Shown: positions 9,450 to 20,102, counted from the first letter of the stretch. The stretch is 64,000 nt of DNA from Trueperaceae bacterium (GCA_965213705.1 OZ243913.1:3520001-3584000); one strand, 5' to 3'. A program made the numbers and translations. Notes: generated by a model from the letters alone, not told the origin.

Positions 9450-10481
9450 ATGAGACGCTACGCCCTGCCCGTTACCCTGTTCGTCGTTTTGACGGTCGTC
9501 GTGAGCGGCTGGTTGGTCACCCGCCGGGCGGGGGTGCAGGGGGTCGAAACGGCGCGCGCGCAAGACGGCCTGCGCGGCGAGGTTAGAAGCGTGCGTGTCG
9601 AAACGTTTCCCGTGATGAGCCGTTCCGGCGAGTGGACGGAAGCCGCCGGCAGTTTGGAGAGCGAAACCCTCTACACGCCGCAGGGTAACCTTTTAGAGGT
9701 AAGTCGCTACCGCCCGGACGGCGGGCTCGAGTACCGCCTCGTCCACCGTTATGAAAACGGCCGACTCACCGAAGAGACGAGTTTCGGCGACGGCGACCGA
9801 CCTCTTTACAGCTGGTTTTACGTCTACGACGGCGAGGGCCGCTTGACGAGCCTGAGCGGTTACGACGACCGGGGCGTGCTCGAGGTCAAGACGCTTTACG
9901 GCTACGACGCCGAGGGCCGTTTGGCAACCGAAACGTCCTACAGCGCCGACGAGACCCTAAGCTACGAGGCCCGGCAGAGTTACGCGCAGGGTTACACGCG
10001 CTCGACCGTTTACTTTGCCCAGGGCGAAGCCGAGTCTCGGCTCGAGGAAGTGTTCGACACCGCCGCTCACCGACTGGCCGAGGCCAGCTATAGCCCCACG
10101 CGAACCCTACAGTACCGGGTCGAATACAGTTACACCCCCCAAGGCGACCTGCTGACAGAAAGCGCCTACAGCGCGGACGAGACCCTGGAATATCGTCTTG
10201 AAAACCGTTACGACGAGGCCGGTCTGCTGCTCGAGACCACAGAATACGACGCCGACCTTGAACCCTTTTACCGTTACAGCTACGCCTACAACGACAAAGG
10301 TGACCTTACAAAGCGCGAAAGCCGCGGCGTGGACGGCGGCGGCTCGACGCTAGCTTACACCTACACTTATGACAAACACGATAATTGGACGGTTCGGCGC
10401 ACCTCAAAACTCATCACCCATTCCGACAAAGAAAGCCTAGAGCCGAGCGAGGTCGCGCGCCGAACCGTCAGCTACTACTGA
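9450..10481 (+). CDS. Membrane-anchored YD-repeat protein
   Basis: N-terminal TM; repeated Y-x-Y-D-x-x-G-R-L units; GLRGEVRSV start and YDKHDNW...RRTVSYY end. Confidence 0.8.
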   Translation: MRRYALPVTLFVVLTVVVSGWLVTRRAGVQGVETARAQDGLRGEVRSVRVETFPVMSRSGEWTEAAGSLESETLYTPQGNLLEVSRYRPDGGLEYRLVHRYENGRLTEETSFGDGDRPLYSWFYVYDGEGRLTSLSGYDDRGVLEVKTLYGYDAEGRLATETSYSADETLSYEARQSYAQGYTRSTVYFAQGEAESRLEEVFDTAAHRLAEASYSPTRTLQYRVEYSYTPQGDLLTESAYSADETLEYRLENRYDEAGLLLETTEYDADLEPFYRYSYAYNDKGDLTKRESRGVDGGGSTLAYTYTYDKHDNWTVRRTSKLITHSDKESLEPSEVARRTVSYY

Positions 10482-10538
10482 CGGCTATTTCCACTTTTAG
10501 AAATTTGAACCTCTACTTTTATTCTGGAAACCAAAAAA

Positions 10539-10760
10539 CTAGTACCTGTCGCGCAGCGCTTCGGCGTTGTCGGCCAGTGTCGAAAACAGTGCCCACACGG
10601 CGACTCCCCCAACGAGGTAGTAAAGCATGTGGCTGAGGTTCAGCCACCACGGCGTCGAGGTTTCGGCAGCAACAAAAAAGGTCGGGACAGAGGCGAGCGC
10701 GAGGGCAAGCCCCCCGACGAGCGCCGACCACGCAACAACCCTGAGGATAAAAATTTTCAT
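10539..10760 (-). CDS. Small membrane protein (2 TM)
   Basis: MKIFILRVVAWSALVGG...; TAAAGT -10 box 6 nt upstream of ATG. Confidence 0.6.
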   Translation of the reverse strand: MKIFILRVVAWSALVGGLALALASVPTFFVAAETSTPWWLNLSHMLYYLVGGVAVWALFSTLADNAEALRDRY

Positions 10761-10791
10761 GGACACACTTTAGCCGATTCGGCCCCTTTTG

Positions 10792-11088
10792 TCACTCCCC
10801 CGCGTCGACCGTCCGCGGCACCTTGAAAAAGCCGTCTTCCGACTCTACAGCGAGCTTCATGGCCGTTTCGTGGCTCAAGGACGGCTTCACCTCGTCCTCC
10901 CGAAAAACGTTTTGTAAGTTCACAGGCCGCGCGAGTTCTTCCACGCCGTCGGTAGGAAGCGAGCGCAACGTCTCGAACGCCTCCAAAATACGGTTGAGGT
11001 CGTCTTTGAATTCCTGGGTCTCGTCCTCGCTCAGGTCGATGCGGGCGAGGGTTTTGAGGTGCGCCATGTCGGCGTCGGTGATGCTCAT
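10792..11088 (-). CDS. gatC: Asp/Glu-tRNA amidotransferase subunit C
   Basis: HLKTLARIDL...NVFREDEV...GFFKVPRTV. Confidence 0.95.
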   Translation of the reverse strand: MSITDADMAHLKTLARIDLSEDETQEFKDDLNRILEAFETLRSLPTDGVEELARPVNLQNVFREDEVKPSLSHETAMKLAVESEDGFFKVPRTVDAGE

Positions 11089-11239
11089 GGGTCGAGTCTA
11101 GCAGTTGGGGGCAAAGAGCGCCGAGTAGAAAGTACCGAGTTGAAAGTAAAAAGTGAAAAGGAGAAAGAAGGCGCGACTCGAGCGAATATGCACCTTTTGA
11201 GAAGCCTCGGCAAACACGACTGGCAACGTTGGACGTGGG

Positions 11240-11725
11240 TCACTCGAGCCACTTGTACATCACGAGTGCGTCGGCAAAGCCCAAGCTCGAGTGGTTGAAC
11301 GCCCCGGGCAACGTCCCGACGGTTTCAAAACCCAGTTCGTGCCACAGCTTAACCGCCGGGTTCGTGCTCACGACGAGGTTGAACTGCATCGCCTTGAAAC
11401 CGAGCCTCACGGCCTCGACTTGCGAGTGCAAACAGAGAGAGCGCCCGACGCCGCGGCCTCGAGCCACCTTACTCACCATGTAGCCCGCGTTGCAGACGTG
11501 GCTTCCCAAATCCGGTTGGTTCGCCTTGAGGTAGTAAGTACCGACAACTTCGCCGTCCAAAACACCGACGTAAGTGGCGAGCGGCGCGTCCAGCCAAACC
11601 TGTTTCGCCCCGTCGCGGTTCGTGTCCGGCGCGTAGGCGTAGGTGTCGCCCGCCGCGACGACCTCCCGAAAGATGGGCCAAATCTCGGTGAAGTCGGCGT
11701 CGGTGGCGGGTCGGACGGTGAGCAC
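11240..11725 (-). CDS. GNAT family N-acetyltransferase
   Basis: NAGYMV...ARGRGVGR; AMQFNLVVSTN; leaderless TACACT-N5-GTG. Confidence 0.92.
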   Translation of the reverse strand: MLTVRPATDADFTEIWPIFREVVAAGDTYAYAPDTNRDGAKQVWLDAPLATYVGVLDGEVVGTYYLKANQPDLGSHVCNAGYMVSKVARGRGVGRSLCLHSQVEAVRLGFKAMQFNLVVSTNPAVKLWHELGFETVGTLPGAFNHSSLGFADALVMYKWLE

Positions 11726-11785
11726 AAGCTAGTGTAACCGAGTCTCCTGCTGGCCTATACTGAGGTTTCAAGCAGGAGGTTTGCC

Positions 11786-13237
11786 GTGGCTATCGAAACC
11801 CTACTCCCTGAATTGGCCCGTATCTATCCGGCGACGCGGCTCTTGACGAGCGAAGCGCAGCTCAGCACCTTCGAGTCCGACGGCTTGACGGCGTTCAAGG
11901 CCAGGGCCGGAGCCGTCGTTCTGGTCGACAGCCAAGAAGAGGTCGTCGAGACCGTGCGGCTGTGCTACAAACACGACGTACCTTTTGTCGCGCGGGGCAG
12001 CGGCACGAGTTTGTCGGGCGGCTCGCTGCCGATTGAGGGCGGCGTGGTCATCGCGCTCAACCGGCTCAACCGGGTGCTCAGTTTCGACCCCGACGCCCGG
12101 ACGATGGTGGTCGAACCCGGCGTCATCAACGCGGCGGTGTCGCGCCTGGCCGCGCCGCACGGGCTGTACTACGCGCCCGACCCCTCGTCGGGGCCGGTCT
12201 GCACCATCGGCGGCAACGTCGCTTTCAATTCCGGCGGGGCGCACTGTTTGAAGTACGGCATGACGAGCAACCACGTCCTCGGACTGAAAATCGTGCTGCC
12301 CGACGGTGTGGTGGTCACACTCGGCGGTGATAGTTTGGAGGGTGTCGGCCCCGACCTGACAGGACTGTTCGTGGGCTCGGAGGGGTTGCTTGGGGTGGCG
12401 CTCGAGATAACCCTGCGACTCCTGCCCAAGGTCGAAACCTACCAAACCGTCTTAGTTGCTTACGACAGCCTCGCCGCGGCGGGCGACGCGGTGGCGAGCG
12501 TCGTCGCGGCGGGCCTGTTGCCGGGGGCAATGGAGATTATGGACCGGCTGGCGATGGACGCCGCCGAGGCCGCTGTCCACGCAGGCTACCCGAAGGACGC
12601 GCAGGGTTTGTTGATCGTGGAACTCGAGGGTCCACGCGAAGAAGTCGAGGCCGAGTTTCCCGAACTCATAAAGGTTATCGAGGCGTCGGGCGCGTTCGAG
12701 GTGCGCGTCGCTCAAAACGACGCCGAGCGCATGAAAATCTGGAAAGGTCGCAAGGGTGCCTTTTCGGCGGTGGGCCGCCTCAGTCCCGAGTACATCGTCC
12801 AAGACGGCGTGGTGCCACGCACGAAGCTCGGGGAGGCCCTGACGGAAATCGACCGGCTGAGCGCCGAGTACAACATCCGCGTGGCGAACGTGTTTCACGC
12901 CGGCGACGGCAACCTCCACCCGCTCATCTTGTTCGACGGCAAAAACGAGGGCGAGTTGGAGCGCGCCGAAGACCTCGCCGGGGAAATTCTGCGTCTGTGC
13001 ATCCGCATGGGCGGCTCGATTACCGGCGAGCACGGCGTCGGCGTGGAGAAGCTGGCTTACTTGGGCGAGATGTACGGCGCGACCGACATGGCCGTGATGA
13101 CGCGCGTCCGCCAGGCGGTCGATACGAAAGAACTCGCCAACCGCGGCAAGATGCTCCCCGCCGCCGAAGCGCCCGCGCTGACGACTTTTCACGGCCCGCA
13201 CCCGCTGGAAAAGCAAGGCGTGATTTTCCGTGATTAG
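11786..13237 (+). CDS. glcD: Glycolate oxidase FAD-binding subunit
   Basis: [51 protein letters not shown]. Confidence 0.93.
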   Translation: MAIETLLPELARIYPATRLLTSEAQLSTFESDGLTAFKARAGAVVLVDSQEEVVETVRLCYKHDVPFVARGSGTSLSGGSLPIEGGVVIALNRLNRVLSFDPDARTMVVEPGVINAAVSRLAAPHGLYYAPDPSSGPVCTIGGNVAFNSGGAHCLKYGMTSNHVLGLKIVLPDGVVVTLGGDSLEGVGPDLTGLFVGSEGLLGVALEITLRLLPKVETYQTVLVAYDSLAAAGDAVASVVAAGLLPGAMEIMDRLAMDAAEAAVHAGYPKDAQGLLIVELEGPREEVEAEFPELIKVIEASGAFEVRVAQNDAERMKIWKGRKGAFSAVGRLSPEYIVQDGVVPRTKLGEALTEIDRLSAEYNIRVANVFHAGDGNLHPLILFDGKNEGELERAEDLAGEILRLCIRMGGSITGEHGVGVEKLAYLGEMYGATDMAVMTRVRQAVDTKELANRGKMLPAAEAPALTTFHGPHPLEKQGVIFRD

Positions 13238-13243
13238 TACTTT

Positions 13244-13355
13244 GCCCCCCTTAACAAGGGGGGTGGCCCTGCGGGCCGGGGGGATTCGCTTCTGTGACTG
13301 CTTCCCGAGTCCGTTCCAGAAGCAAATCCCCCCAACCCCCCTTGTTAAGGGGGGC
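13244..13355. repeat. REP/REPIN-like palindromic element
   Basis: GCCCCCCTTAACAAGGGGGGT (13244) and its exact reverse complement ending at 13355; inner GGGGGGATT/AATCCCCCC pair. Confidence 0.8.
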
Positions 13356-13363
13356 TTTTGGGC

Positions 13364-14470
13364 ATGAACCTTATGACTCAGTTCGGCGAACACGTCGCGC
13401 GCATCCAGGACGCGGTGCGCTCGAGCGCCATCCGCCCGGTCGGCGGCGGCAGCAAACCCGCTCTGTCGAGAGGCGGCAACCTCGAGCTGAAAAACGTTTC
13501 AGGCGTGCTCGAGTACGACCCGCTCGAGTACACTTTTACCGCGCTGGCCGGTACGACGTTAAAAGAGGTCGGGGCGCTGCTGGCGGCGGAAAACCAGTAC
13601 CTCCCCTTCGACCCGCCGCTGGCCGACAAGGGCGCGACGCTCGGCGGGACGGTCGCCGCGGGACTGTCCGGGCCGGGGCGATGGCGCTACGGCGGCGTGC
13701 GCGACTTTCTGCTCGGCGTGCGCTTTGTGGCGGGTACGGGCGGGCTTGTGACGGGTGGCGGCAAGGTGGTCAAAAATGCCGCGGGGTTCGACTTTCCCAA
13801 ACTCATGGTCGGCGCGTTGGGGCAGTTCGGCGTGATGGTCGAACTCACCTTCAAGGTTTTTCCGCGGCCCGAAGCTTACGCGACGCTTAAAGCAGACATG
13901 GGTGGTTTGGACGCCGCCGTCATTGCGATGCAGCGGTTGGCTGTCGCGGGATTCGAGTTGACCTGTTTGGACTTGGAGCCGCCTTCCGTGTTGATTCTGC
14001 GTGTCGGCGGCACGGCGGCGGCGCTGCCGAAAAGGCTCGAGCGCCTGCAAACTTTTGTAGGTCGCGCGGGCGAGGTTTCTACCAACGAGGCAGACGAAGC
14101 TTTTTGGCGGGAGGCTCGAGCTTTTTCCTGGCTGAGTGCTGAGCACAGCCTCGTCAAAATTCCCCTCAACCCGAGCAAGTTGGGTGAACTCGAGGGTGCA
14201 TTCGAACGACTCGAGACCCCCTTACCCCGCCGCTACAGCGTCGGCGGCAACGTGTTGTGGCTCGGTTGGCCGGACGAGTCGGGGGAGCAGGGGCTCGAGG
14301 CCCTTTTGAACGGCCTCGAGCTTTCGGCCCTGGCCCTCACGGGGAGTTGGCGAACGCCACTGCTCGGGCGGCAGGTGGGGCAAGCGTTCGGGGCGCGGGT
14401 CTCGAGCGTCCTCGACCCCGACGGGAAGTTCAGCCTTTCCAGCGTCGCAGGTTTGGCTGAACGAACCTGA
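13364..14470 (+). CDS. glcE: Glycolate oxidase FAD-binding subunit GlcE
   Basis: LPFDPP, ATLGG..AAGLSGP, GGKVVKNAAGFD; downstream of glcD. Confidence 0.9.
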   Translation: MNLMTQFGEHVARIQDAVRSSAIRPVGGGSKPALSRGGNLELKNVSGVLEYDPLEYTFTALAGTTLKEVGALLAAENQYLPFDPPLADKGATLGGTVAAGLSGPGRWRYGGVRDFLLGVRFVAGTGGLVTGGGKVVKNAAGFDFPKLMVGALGQFGVMVELTFKVFPRPEAYATLKADMGGLDAAVIAMQRLAVAGFELTCLDLEPPSVLILRVGGTAAALPKRLERLQTFVGRAGEVSTNEADEAFWREARAFSWLSAEHSLVKIPLNPSKLGELEGAFERLETPLPRRYSVGGNVLWLGWPDESGEQGLEALLNGLELSALALTGSWRTPLLGRQVGQAFGARVSSVLDPDGKFSLSSVAGLAERT

Positions 14471-14533
14471 CCTATGGGCTAGCTGTGTAAAAAACACGTA
14501 AATTTCCTGTATACTGTTTGCGAAGGAGGCGTT

Positions 14534-14809
14534 ATGCCTAAGAACGAAACAGTGCGTTTGACTTTAGACGTTTCCGAAGACCTCAACAACGTCATCGAGT
14601 CTTTGGCGAAGGCGGCCGGCACAAACAAGAGTGAAATCCTGCGGCGCAGCATCAACTTGATGGACTTCGCTTACCGCGAGTCGTCCGAGGGTAAAAAGGT
14701 GGGGTCGGTCAGCCTGGACAAGCCGCTCGACACCGAAGTGGTCGGCTTAGGGTTTCCGCGGGCGCAACCCGCACAGACTTACCCGTCGGCAAGCGCGCCG
14801 ACCGATTAG
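14534..14809 (+). CDS. Ribbon-helix-helix (CopG-like) DNA-binding protein
   Basis: VRLTLDVSEDLNNVIESLAKAAGTNKSEILRRSINL; SD AAGGAGG; TATACT upstream. Confidence 0.8.
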   Translation: MPKNETVRLTLDVSEDLNNVIESLAKAAGTNKSEILRRSINLMDFAYRESSEGKKVGSVSLDKPLDTEVVGLGFPRAQPAQTYPSASAPTD

Positions 14810-14827
14810 ACCTCAGTTTTTACAACG

Positions 14828-15133
14828 ATGAGCCAGCAGTTCGACGTCGACCGGGAGAACCCGAACCAGCGCTTGGAAGTCACCACCGAGTTCGAGGACG
14901 AACGTTCGGCGCGGCTGGCCAGTATAAAACGTCAGCAAACCTTCGACCTGTGGATAAAGGGCAGTTTGTTCGGCCTGCTGACCTTCGGCGCGGTGTACAG
15001 TTTGTGGGTGCTCAACAGCGGCGCCACAACCCTCGACGCCAAAGACGCCGCCCGGACCATCATCGGGACGGTCGTGGGCGCATTCGCGGGTTACTTCGCG
15101 GGCAAGGCTCCTGGAGTTTCATCTAGGCTTTGA
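14828..15133 (+). CDS. Small 2-TM hypothetical protein
   Basis: Charged N-terminus then LWIKGSLFGLLTFGAVYSLWVL and ARTIIGTVVGAFAGYFAG. Confidence 0.65.
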   Translation: MSQQFDVDRENPNQRLEVTTEFEDERSARLASIKRQQTFDLWIKGSLFGLLTFGAVYSLWVLNSGATTLDAKDAARTIIGTVVGAFAGYFAGKAPGVSSRL

Positions 15134-15148
15134 CTGGAGTGTGACACG

Positions 15149-16405
15149 GTGCAGCACGACATCCCCGTCGACAAACTAGGCCCCTTGGGCCAGCCGATGG
15201 CCGACGCCGTCGAGAGTTGCGTCCACTGCGGCTTTTGTCTGCCGACCTGTCCCACCTACGTGGTGCTCGGCGAGGAGATGAACAGCCCGCGCGGGCGGAT
15301 TTTGCTGATGAAGCAGGTTTTAGAGGGGGAGTTGAGCGTGGCGCAAGCCGTCCCCTACACCGACCCCTGTTTAGGCTGCGTGGCCTGCGTGACCGCCTGC
15401 CCGTCGGGCGTCGAGTACGGCAGTCTCATCACCGGCTTTCGGATGCAGACCGAGGGGGAACGCGAGCGCTCACCGCTCGACCGGGCGCTGCGGCGTTTTG
15501 TGGTCGAGACGTTGCCCTACCCCAAACGCTTTCGCGCCGCGGCCACCTTGGGCCAAGCGGCTAAACCGTTCAAAAAGCTCGTGCCGGGCCGCCTCGGGGA
15601 CATGTTGGACTTGCTGCCGAACGGCGTGCCGAAGGCTCAACCCCTACCCGAGGTTTATCCCGCCGAGGGGCAGCGGCGGGCGCGGGTCGCGCTCCTGGCG
15701 GGCTGCGCGCAGCAGGTACTCGAGCCGGACATCAATTGGGCGACGCTGCGCGTGTTGGCGAAAAACGGGGTCGAAACGGTCATCCCTAAAACCCAGTCCT
15801 GCTGCGGCGCGCTCGCGGCGCACACCGGCGTGGCTTGGCAAGCGAAAAAGTTTGCCAAAAACAACTTGCAAGCTTTCCCGGACGACGTGGACGCGATTAT
15901 CACCAACGCCGCCGGTTGTGGCTCAGGGATGCACGAGTACGCGCTGTGGCTGCGGGGCGAACCCGAGGAAGAGGCGGCAAAAAGTTTCGGCAAGCGCGTC
16001 CAGGACGTGAGCGTGTTTCTGGACGCGCTGGGTTTGCGCGAAACACCGCGACTGAGCGCGCCGCTCAAACTCGCCTACCACGACGCCTGCCACCTCGCGC
16101 ACGCGCAGGGCGTGGTGTTGCCGCCGCGGTCTCTGTTGAAACAGGTCGAGGGGCTGCAGCTGCTCGAGCCCCCGGAGGCCGAACTTTGCTGCGGCTCGGC
16201 GGGAACTTACAACTTAGAACACCCGGACATCGCCTGGGAACTCGGGGAGCGCAAAGCCAAGGCCCTGCTCGCCACGGGCGCGGAAGCTGTGGCGACCGGC
16301 AACATCGGCTGTTTGACGCAGCTCGGTACGCACCTGCAAGCCCTGGGGCGACCCCTGCCCGTCTACCACACCGTCCAGGTGCTCGACCGGGCCTACAGAC
16401 GTTGA
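15149..16405 (+). CDS. glcF: Glycolate oxidase iron-sulfur subunit
   Basis: [29 protein letters not shown], two CCG domains, YHDACHLAH. Confidence 0.95.
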   Translation: MQHDIPVDKLGPLGQPMADAVESCVHCGFCLPTCPTYVVLGEEMNSPRGRILLMKQVLEGELSVAQAVPYTDPCLGCVACVTACPSGVEYGSLITGFRMQTEGERERSPLDRALRRFVVETLPYPKRFRAAATLGQAAKPFKKLVPGRLGDMLDLLPNGVPKAQPLPEVYPAEGQRRARVALLAGCAQQVLEPDINWATLRVLAKNGVETVIPKTQSCCGALAAHTGVAWQAKKFAKNNLQAFPDDVDAIITNAAGCGSGMHEYALWLRGEPEEEAAKSFGKRVQDVSVFLDALGLRETPRLSAPLKLAYHDACHLAHAQGVVLPPRSLLKQVEGLQLLEPPEAELCCGSAGTYNLEHPDIAWELGERKAKALLATGAEAVATGNIGCLTQLGTHLQALGRPLPVYHTVQVLDRAYRR

Positions 16406-16738
16406 CAACTGAGCCACGTTTAGCGCCGCCTTTGCGGGTTGTGTCTCGAGCCAACCCGTAATCACCCCCCCATTCTAAAAAAAGCGTTGGGGGTAACATC
16501 AGCTAACCGAGAACGTTGCTGTCCGGGCCTCGTGCCGAGGCCGGCTTTCGGGGGGCAGACAACCGGCGCTGGCGTCAGGAGCGGTGGGTGGGGGCTTTTT
16601 CGCTCACAATTTCCGGCTCAGCCAGGTCAGCGCGGAACGTCTGACTGCGGTTAGCTGTGGCGATGAACTGCGGCGAACGAGGCGGCTTCGGCAACGGGGC
16701 GCAAGTCAAATACGAGAACAGCGTAAAAGGGAGGCAAC

Positions 16739-18007
16739 ATGGCTGGATTTTTTAGACAATCGGCTTTTAAGTGGACGGGTTTTCTTTTGGCAACGAGTCT
16801 TTTGACCCTGGGCGCAACCCTCGCCCAAACCCTGACCGTGGCGGCGCATTACAGTACGGAAGAGGCGGCCCCGCTCGAGCCCTGCTTCGCCGAGTACGAA
16901 GCGCAGAATCCGGGCGTGAACGTCGAATATCAACAAATCGCCTACGGCGACTATCTTCAGACCGTCCTCACCGCGCGCATCGGTGGGCAGTCGCCGGACA
17001 TCTACCACCTCTACAACATCTGGGCTCCGCAGCTCGTCGACAACGGCGTGCTCGCCACACCGCCCGCCGAGCTTGAGGGTTGGATCAGCGACACCTACGT
17101 CGCCTCGACGGTCGACACCGTGACGATAGGCGGCCAAGTGTGGGGCATTCCTACCGAGGTCAGCGACTACATGTTGGTCTACAACAAAAAATTGCTCGCC
17201 GACGCCGGTTTCAACGAACCCCCCGGCACCTGGGACGAACTCGTCAGCATGGCCGCCGCCATCACGGAGCGCAACGACCAGAACAACATCACCACCGCCG
17301 GCTACGCCTACGGCCCCAGCACCGCGACGGTTGTGCATCCCTTCTTGATCATGTTGGCGTCCAAAGGGGTCAACCTGTTCAAGGACGACTTCAGCGGCAC
17401 CAACCTCACCAGTGAAGCGGCGCTGGAGGTGTTGCAGCAGCAGCTCGAGCTGTACAACCAGGGCATTACCGACCGCAGCGTCGAGGTGTGGGACTTTCCC
17501 AGCGGCTCCGTCGCCATGATGTTTATGGCGTCGTGGTACGAAGCGGAACTTAAAGCAGGCTTCGGTGACGCGTTCGAAGACACCGTGGGTGTCGCGAACA
17601 TTCCGATGGGCGACGACTGGCGCTCGCTGCAGTACGCTTTCTTTTACGGCGTCGACGCCAACTCGCCTAACCAAGAAGCCGCTTGGCAGTTTTTGAAGTG
17701 GCTCAACACGGCGCAGGCGGCGGGTGAGACCTCGTGCATGGGCACGATGCTGCTGAGTCTCGGCGCGCTGACCGCCAACCAAACGGACATCGCCGCCGCA
17801 CCCGACCAGTTAGGCGACAGCTACACCGCGCCCTTCATCGAGGCGCTCGAGCGCGCCGTGCCCGAACCCAACGTGATTCAGGCCAGCGAAATCGAAAGAA
17901 TTCTTCAGGGCTACATCGAACGCGCCTGGAGCGGCGAACTCAGCCCCGAAGACGCGCTGGCGCAAGCCGACCAAGAAATCACCGGTATCCTGAACGAGTT
18001 TTATTGA
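16739..18007 (+). CDS. Carbohydrate ABC transporter substrate-binding protein
   Basis: Signal peptide; YNKKLL..AG..PPGTWDEL; followed by two permeases. Confidence 0.9.
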   Translation: MAGFFRQSAFKWTGFLLATSLLTLGATLAQTLTVAAHYSTEEAAPLEPCFAEYEAQNPGVNVEYQQIAYGDYLQTVLTARIGGQSPDIYHLYNIWAPQLVDNGVLATPPAELEGWISDTYVASTVDTVTIGGQVWGIPTEVSDYMLVYNKKLLADAGFNEPPGTWDELVSMAAAITERNDQNNITTAGYAYGPSTATVVHPFLIMLASKGVNLFKDDFSGTNLTSEAALEVLQQQLELYNQGITDRSVEVWDFPSGSVAMMFMASWYEAELKAGFGDAFEDTVGVANIPMGDDWRSLQYAFFYGVDANSPNQEAAWQFLKWLNTAQAAGETSCMGTMLLSLGALTANQTDIAAAPDQLGDSYTAPFIEALERAVPEPNVIQASEIERILQGYIERAWSGELSPEDALAQADQEITGILNEFY

Positions 18008-18024
18008 TGGTCAACCCGGTAAGG

Positions 18025-18056
18025 GCGGTAGGGAGTGACGCGTCACTCCCTACCGC
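18025..18056. repeat. Perfect 32-bp palindrome between SBP and permease (GTAG-type REP-like)
   Basis: GCGGTAGGGAGTGACG|CGTCACTCCCTACCGC. Confidence 0.8.
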
Positions 18057-18072
18057 GACAGCGAGGTAAAGG

Positions 18073-18996
18073 ATGGCAACCGAAACGCTTCGGCGCACCT
18101 CTGCACCGACCAAACGCAAGCGCCGCCTGCAACAAAAAGACTGGGCACCTTACGCTTTTTTAGCTCCGCTTATTTTTTTCTTCGTCGTCTTTTTCGCCCT
18201 GCCCGTCGGTTTCGCCCTGTACCTCACCTTTACCCGCTGGAACCCGCTCTCGACGCCGAAGTTCGTCGGGCTCAAAAACTACACCTACCTGCTCACCCAA
18301 GACCCGACCTTTTACCTCACGCTTAAAAACACCTTTGTGTTCGCCTTCGGCACGGTCGCCATTGGAGTGCCTTTGGCGCTGGTGGTGGCGTTCGTGTTCA
18401 CGCTCAGCAAGGGCAAGACTTTCTGGCGCTCGGTCTACTGGCTGCCGATGGTTACAAACGTGGTGGCGGTCGCTTATATCTGGCAGTACATCTTGGACGG
18501 CACCTACGGCCTGGTCAATCGCCTGTTGGCTTTTGTCGGCATTGGCGGGCCACAGTGGTTGACCGACCCCGGCAGCGCCATGACGGCCGTCATCATCGTG
18601 GCGATTTGGACCGGGTTGGGCCAAAACATGCTGCTCTTTTCGGCGGGTCTGGAAGGCATCGACGAGAGTTACTACGAAGCCGCGCGCATCGACGGGGCGA
18701 ACACCGCGCAGATTTTTTGGGGCGTCACCCTGCCGCTGCTGCGCCCGACGCTGCTGTTCGTCACCATCACCAGTTTTATCGCCGGGATGGGCTCGTTTAC
18801 CCTCATCCTCGTTTTAACCGGGGGCGGGCCGGTGCAAAGTACCAACGTGACGGCGCTCTACATGTACCAAATGGCGTTTCAGGACCTGCGGATGGGCCGG
18901 GCCTCGGCGCTGGCCTTTATCCTGTTCGTGCTTATCTTCATCGTCACGCTTCTGCAACTGCGCATTTTCCGGCGCGGCGGCGTCGAGGCTTACTAG
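18073..18996 (+). CDS. Carbohydrate ABC transporter permease (MalF-like)
   Basis: FVGLKNY, EAARIDGA EAA loop, 6 TM. Confidence 0.93.
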   Translation: MATETLRRTSAPTKRKRRLQQKDWAPYAFLAPLIFFFVVFFALPVGFALYLTFTRWNPLSTPKFVGLKNYTYLLTQDPTFYLTLKNTFVFAFGTVAIGVPLALVVAFVFTLSKGKTFWRSVYWLPMVTNVVAVAYIWQYILDGTYGLVNRLLAFVGIGGPQWLTDPGSAMTAVIIVAIWTGLGQNMLLFSAGLEGIDESYYEAARIDGANTAQIFWGVTLPLLRPTLLFVTITSFIAGMGSFTLILVLTGGGPVQSTNVTALYMYQMAFQDLRMGRASALAFILFVLIFIVTLLQLRIFRRGGVEAY

Positions 18997-19022
18997 GTGG
19001 CTGTCACGGGAGGGAGGCCGTC

Positions 19023-19916
19023 GTGGGTGTAACGAAACGCAGCAGGCTCTCGGTCGTTTTGAGTGTCGTGAAGTACGGGGTGCTCATCGCCGGGGCGGTC
19101 GTCATGATTTTGCCTTTTTTCGACATGTTTATCGGCGCGCTGCGCACGCCCGCCGAGCGCCTGGCCCGGCCGCCCGTGTACTGGCCGCACACCCCGCAGT
19201 GGAGCAACTACCGCCGCGCCCTGACCGAGTTGCCGATGTTGCGCTGGTACTTGAACAGCATCTTCGTCACCTGCGTTATCACCTTCATCCAGCTCCTGAC
19301 GAGTTCGATGGCGGGTTTCGCCCTCGCCAAGTACGAGTTCAGGGGCAAGAAATTCCTCTTCAACAGCGTCTTGGCGGCGCAGATGTTTCCCTTTTTCCTG
19401 TTTCTGATTCCGCTCTTTTTCCTGATGCGGTTTTGGCCGCTGGCGGGCGGCAATGGTTTGACCGGGCTGGGCGGGACGGGTTTTTTAGGCACCTACACGG
19501 CCCTCGTACTACCCTTTATGATTACCTGGTACGGCGTTTTTCTGATGCGGCAGTTTATGATGTCGATTCCCACCGCGCTGATGGAGTCGGCGCGCATCGA
19601 CGGGGCTTCGGAGTTGCGCATCTACACACACATCGTGTTGCCCTTAATCAAACCCGCGCTGGCAACGCTCGGCATCTTCGTTTTTATCTACCACTGGAAC
19701 GAGTTTATCTGGACCATGACGATTACCCGCACCGCGCCCGACCTGCAAACGCTGCCGGTCGGTATTTACCTGCTCAGGAGCGCGTTTCAGAACGTCCAGA
19801 ACGAGTCGTTGCAGCAGGCCGCCCTAGCTATCAGCGTCGTGCCGCTCATCGTGCTGTTTTTGTCGCTGCAGCGTTTTTACGTGAAAGGCTTGGCGACTTC
19901 GGGAATAAAGGGGTAG
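19023..19916 (+). CDS. Carbohydrate ABC transporter permease (MalG-like)
   Basis: GTG at 19023 after GGAGG; ESARIDGA; WNEFIW; QRFYVKGLATSGIKG. Confidence 0.92.
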   Translation: MGVTKRSRLSVVLSVVKYGVLIAGAVVMILPFFDMFIGALRTPAERLARPPVYWPHTPQWSNYRRALTELPMLRWYLNSIFVTCVITFIQLLTSSMAGFALAKYEFRGKKFLFNSVLAAQMFPFFLFLIPLFFLMRFWPLAGGNGLTGLGGTGFLGTYTALVLPFMITWYGVFLMRQFMMSIPTALMESARIDGASELRIYTHIVLPLIKPALATLGIFVFIYHWNEFIWTMTITRTAPDLQTLPVGIYLLRSAFQNVQNESLQQAALAISVVPLIVLFLSLQRFYVKGLATSGIKG

Positions 19917-20063
19917 TTGTCAGAGGGCTGGTGCGGAGGGCTCGAGTCCCGTCCACACCCGTTTCTCGAGCCGGTACGGGCAACCTTGTTGCGGTTCTCT
20001 TATAACAGCGAAGTCGGAACGTTAAATTTTGAGACGCAGGAATTCTGTAATTCGTAGGACTCG

Positions 20064-20096
20064 AGGGAGCCGAGCAGCGTTTCTCGGCTCCCTTTT
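20064..20096 (+). terminator. Intrinsic terminator between the convergent ABC operon and ilvE
   Basis: AGGGAGCCGAG-cagcgttt-CTCGGCTCCCT-TTT. Confidence 0.7.
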
Positions 20097-20102
20097 CCAC
20101 CC

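Noticed and set aside
9450..10481. YD repeats as an Rhs polymorphic toxin
   Set aside because: Short and TM-anchored, with no Rhs core DPxG motif, toxin tip or immunity gene.
18555..19022. Long N-terminal extensions in the ORF track (also 33804-34472, 36918-37157, 31968-32078, 26117-26269)
   Set aside because: They overlap bona fide upstream genes or spacers; SD, overlap or leaderless signals place the starts downstream.
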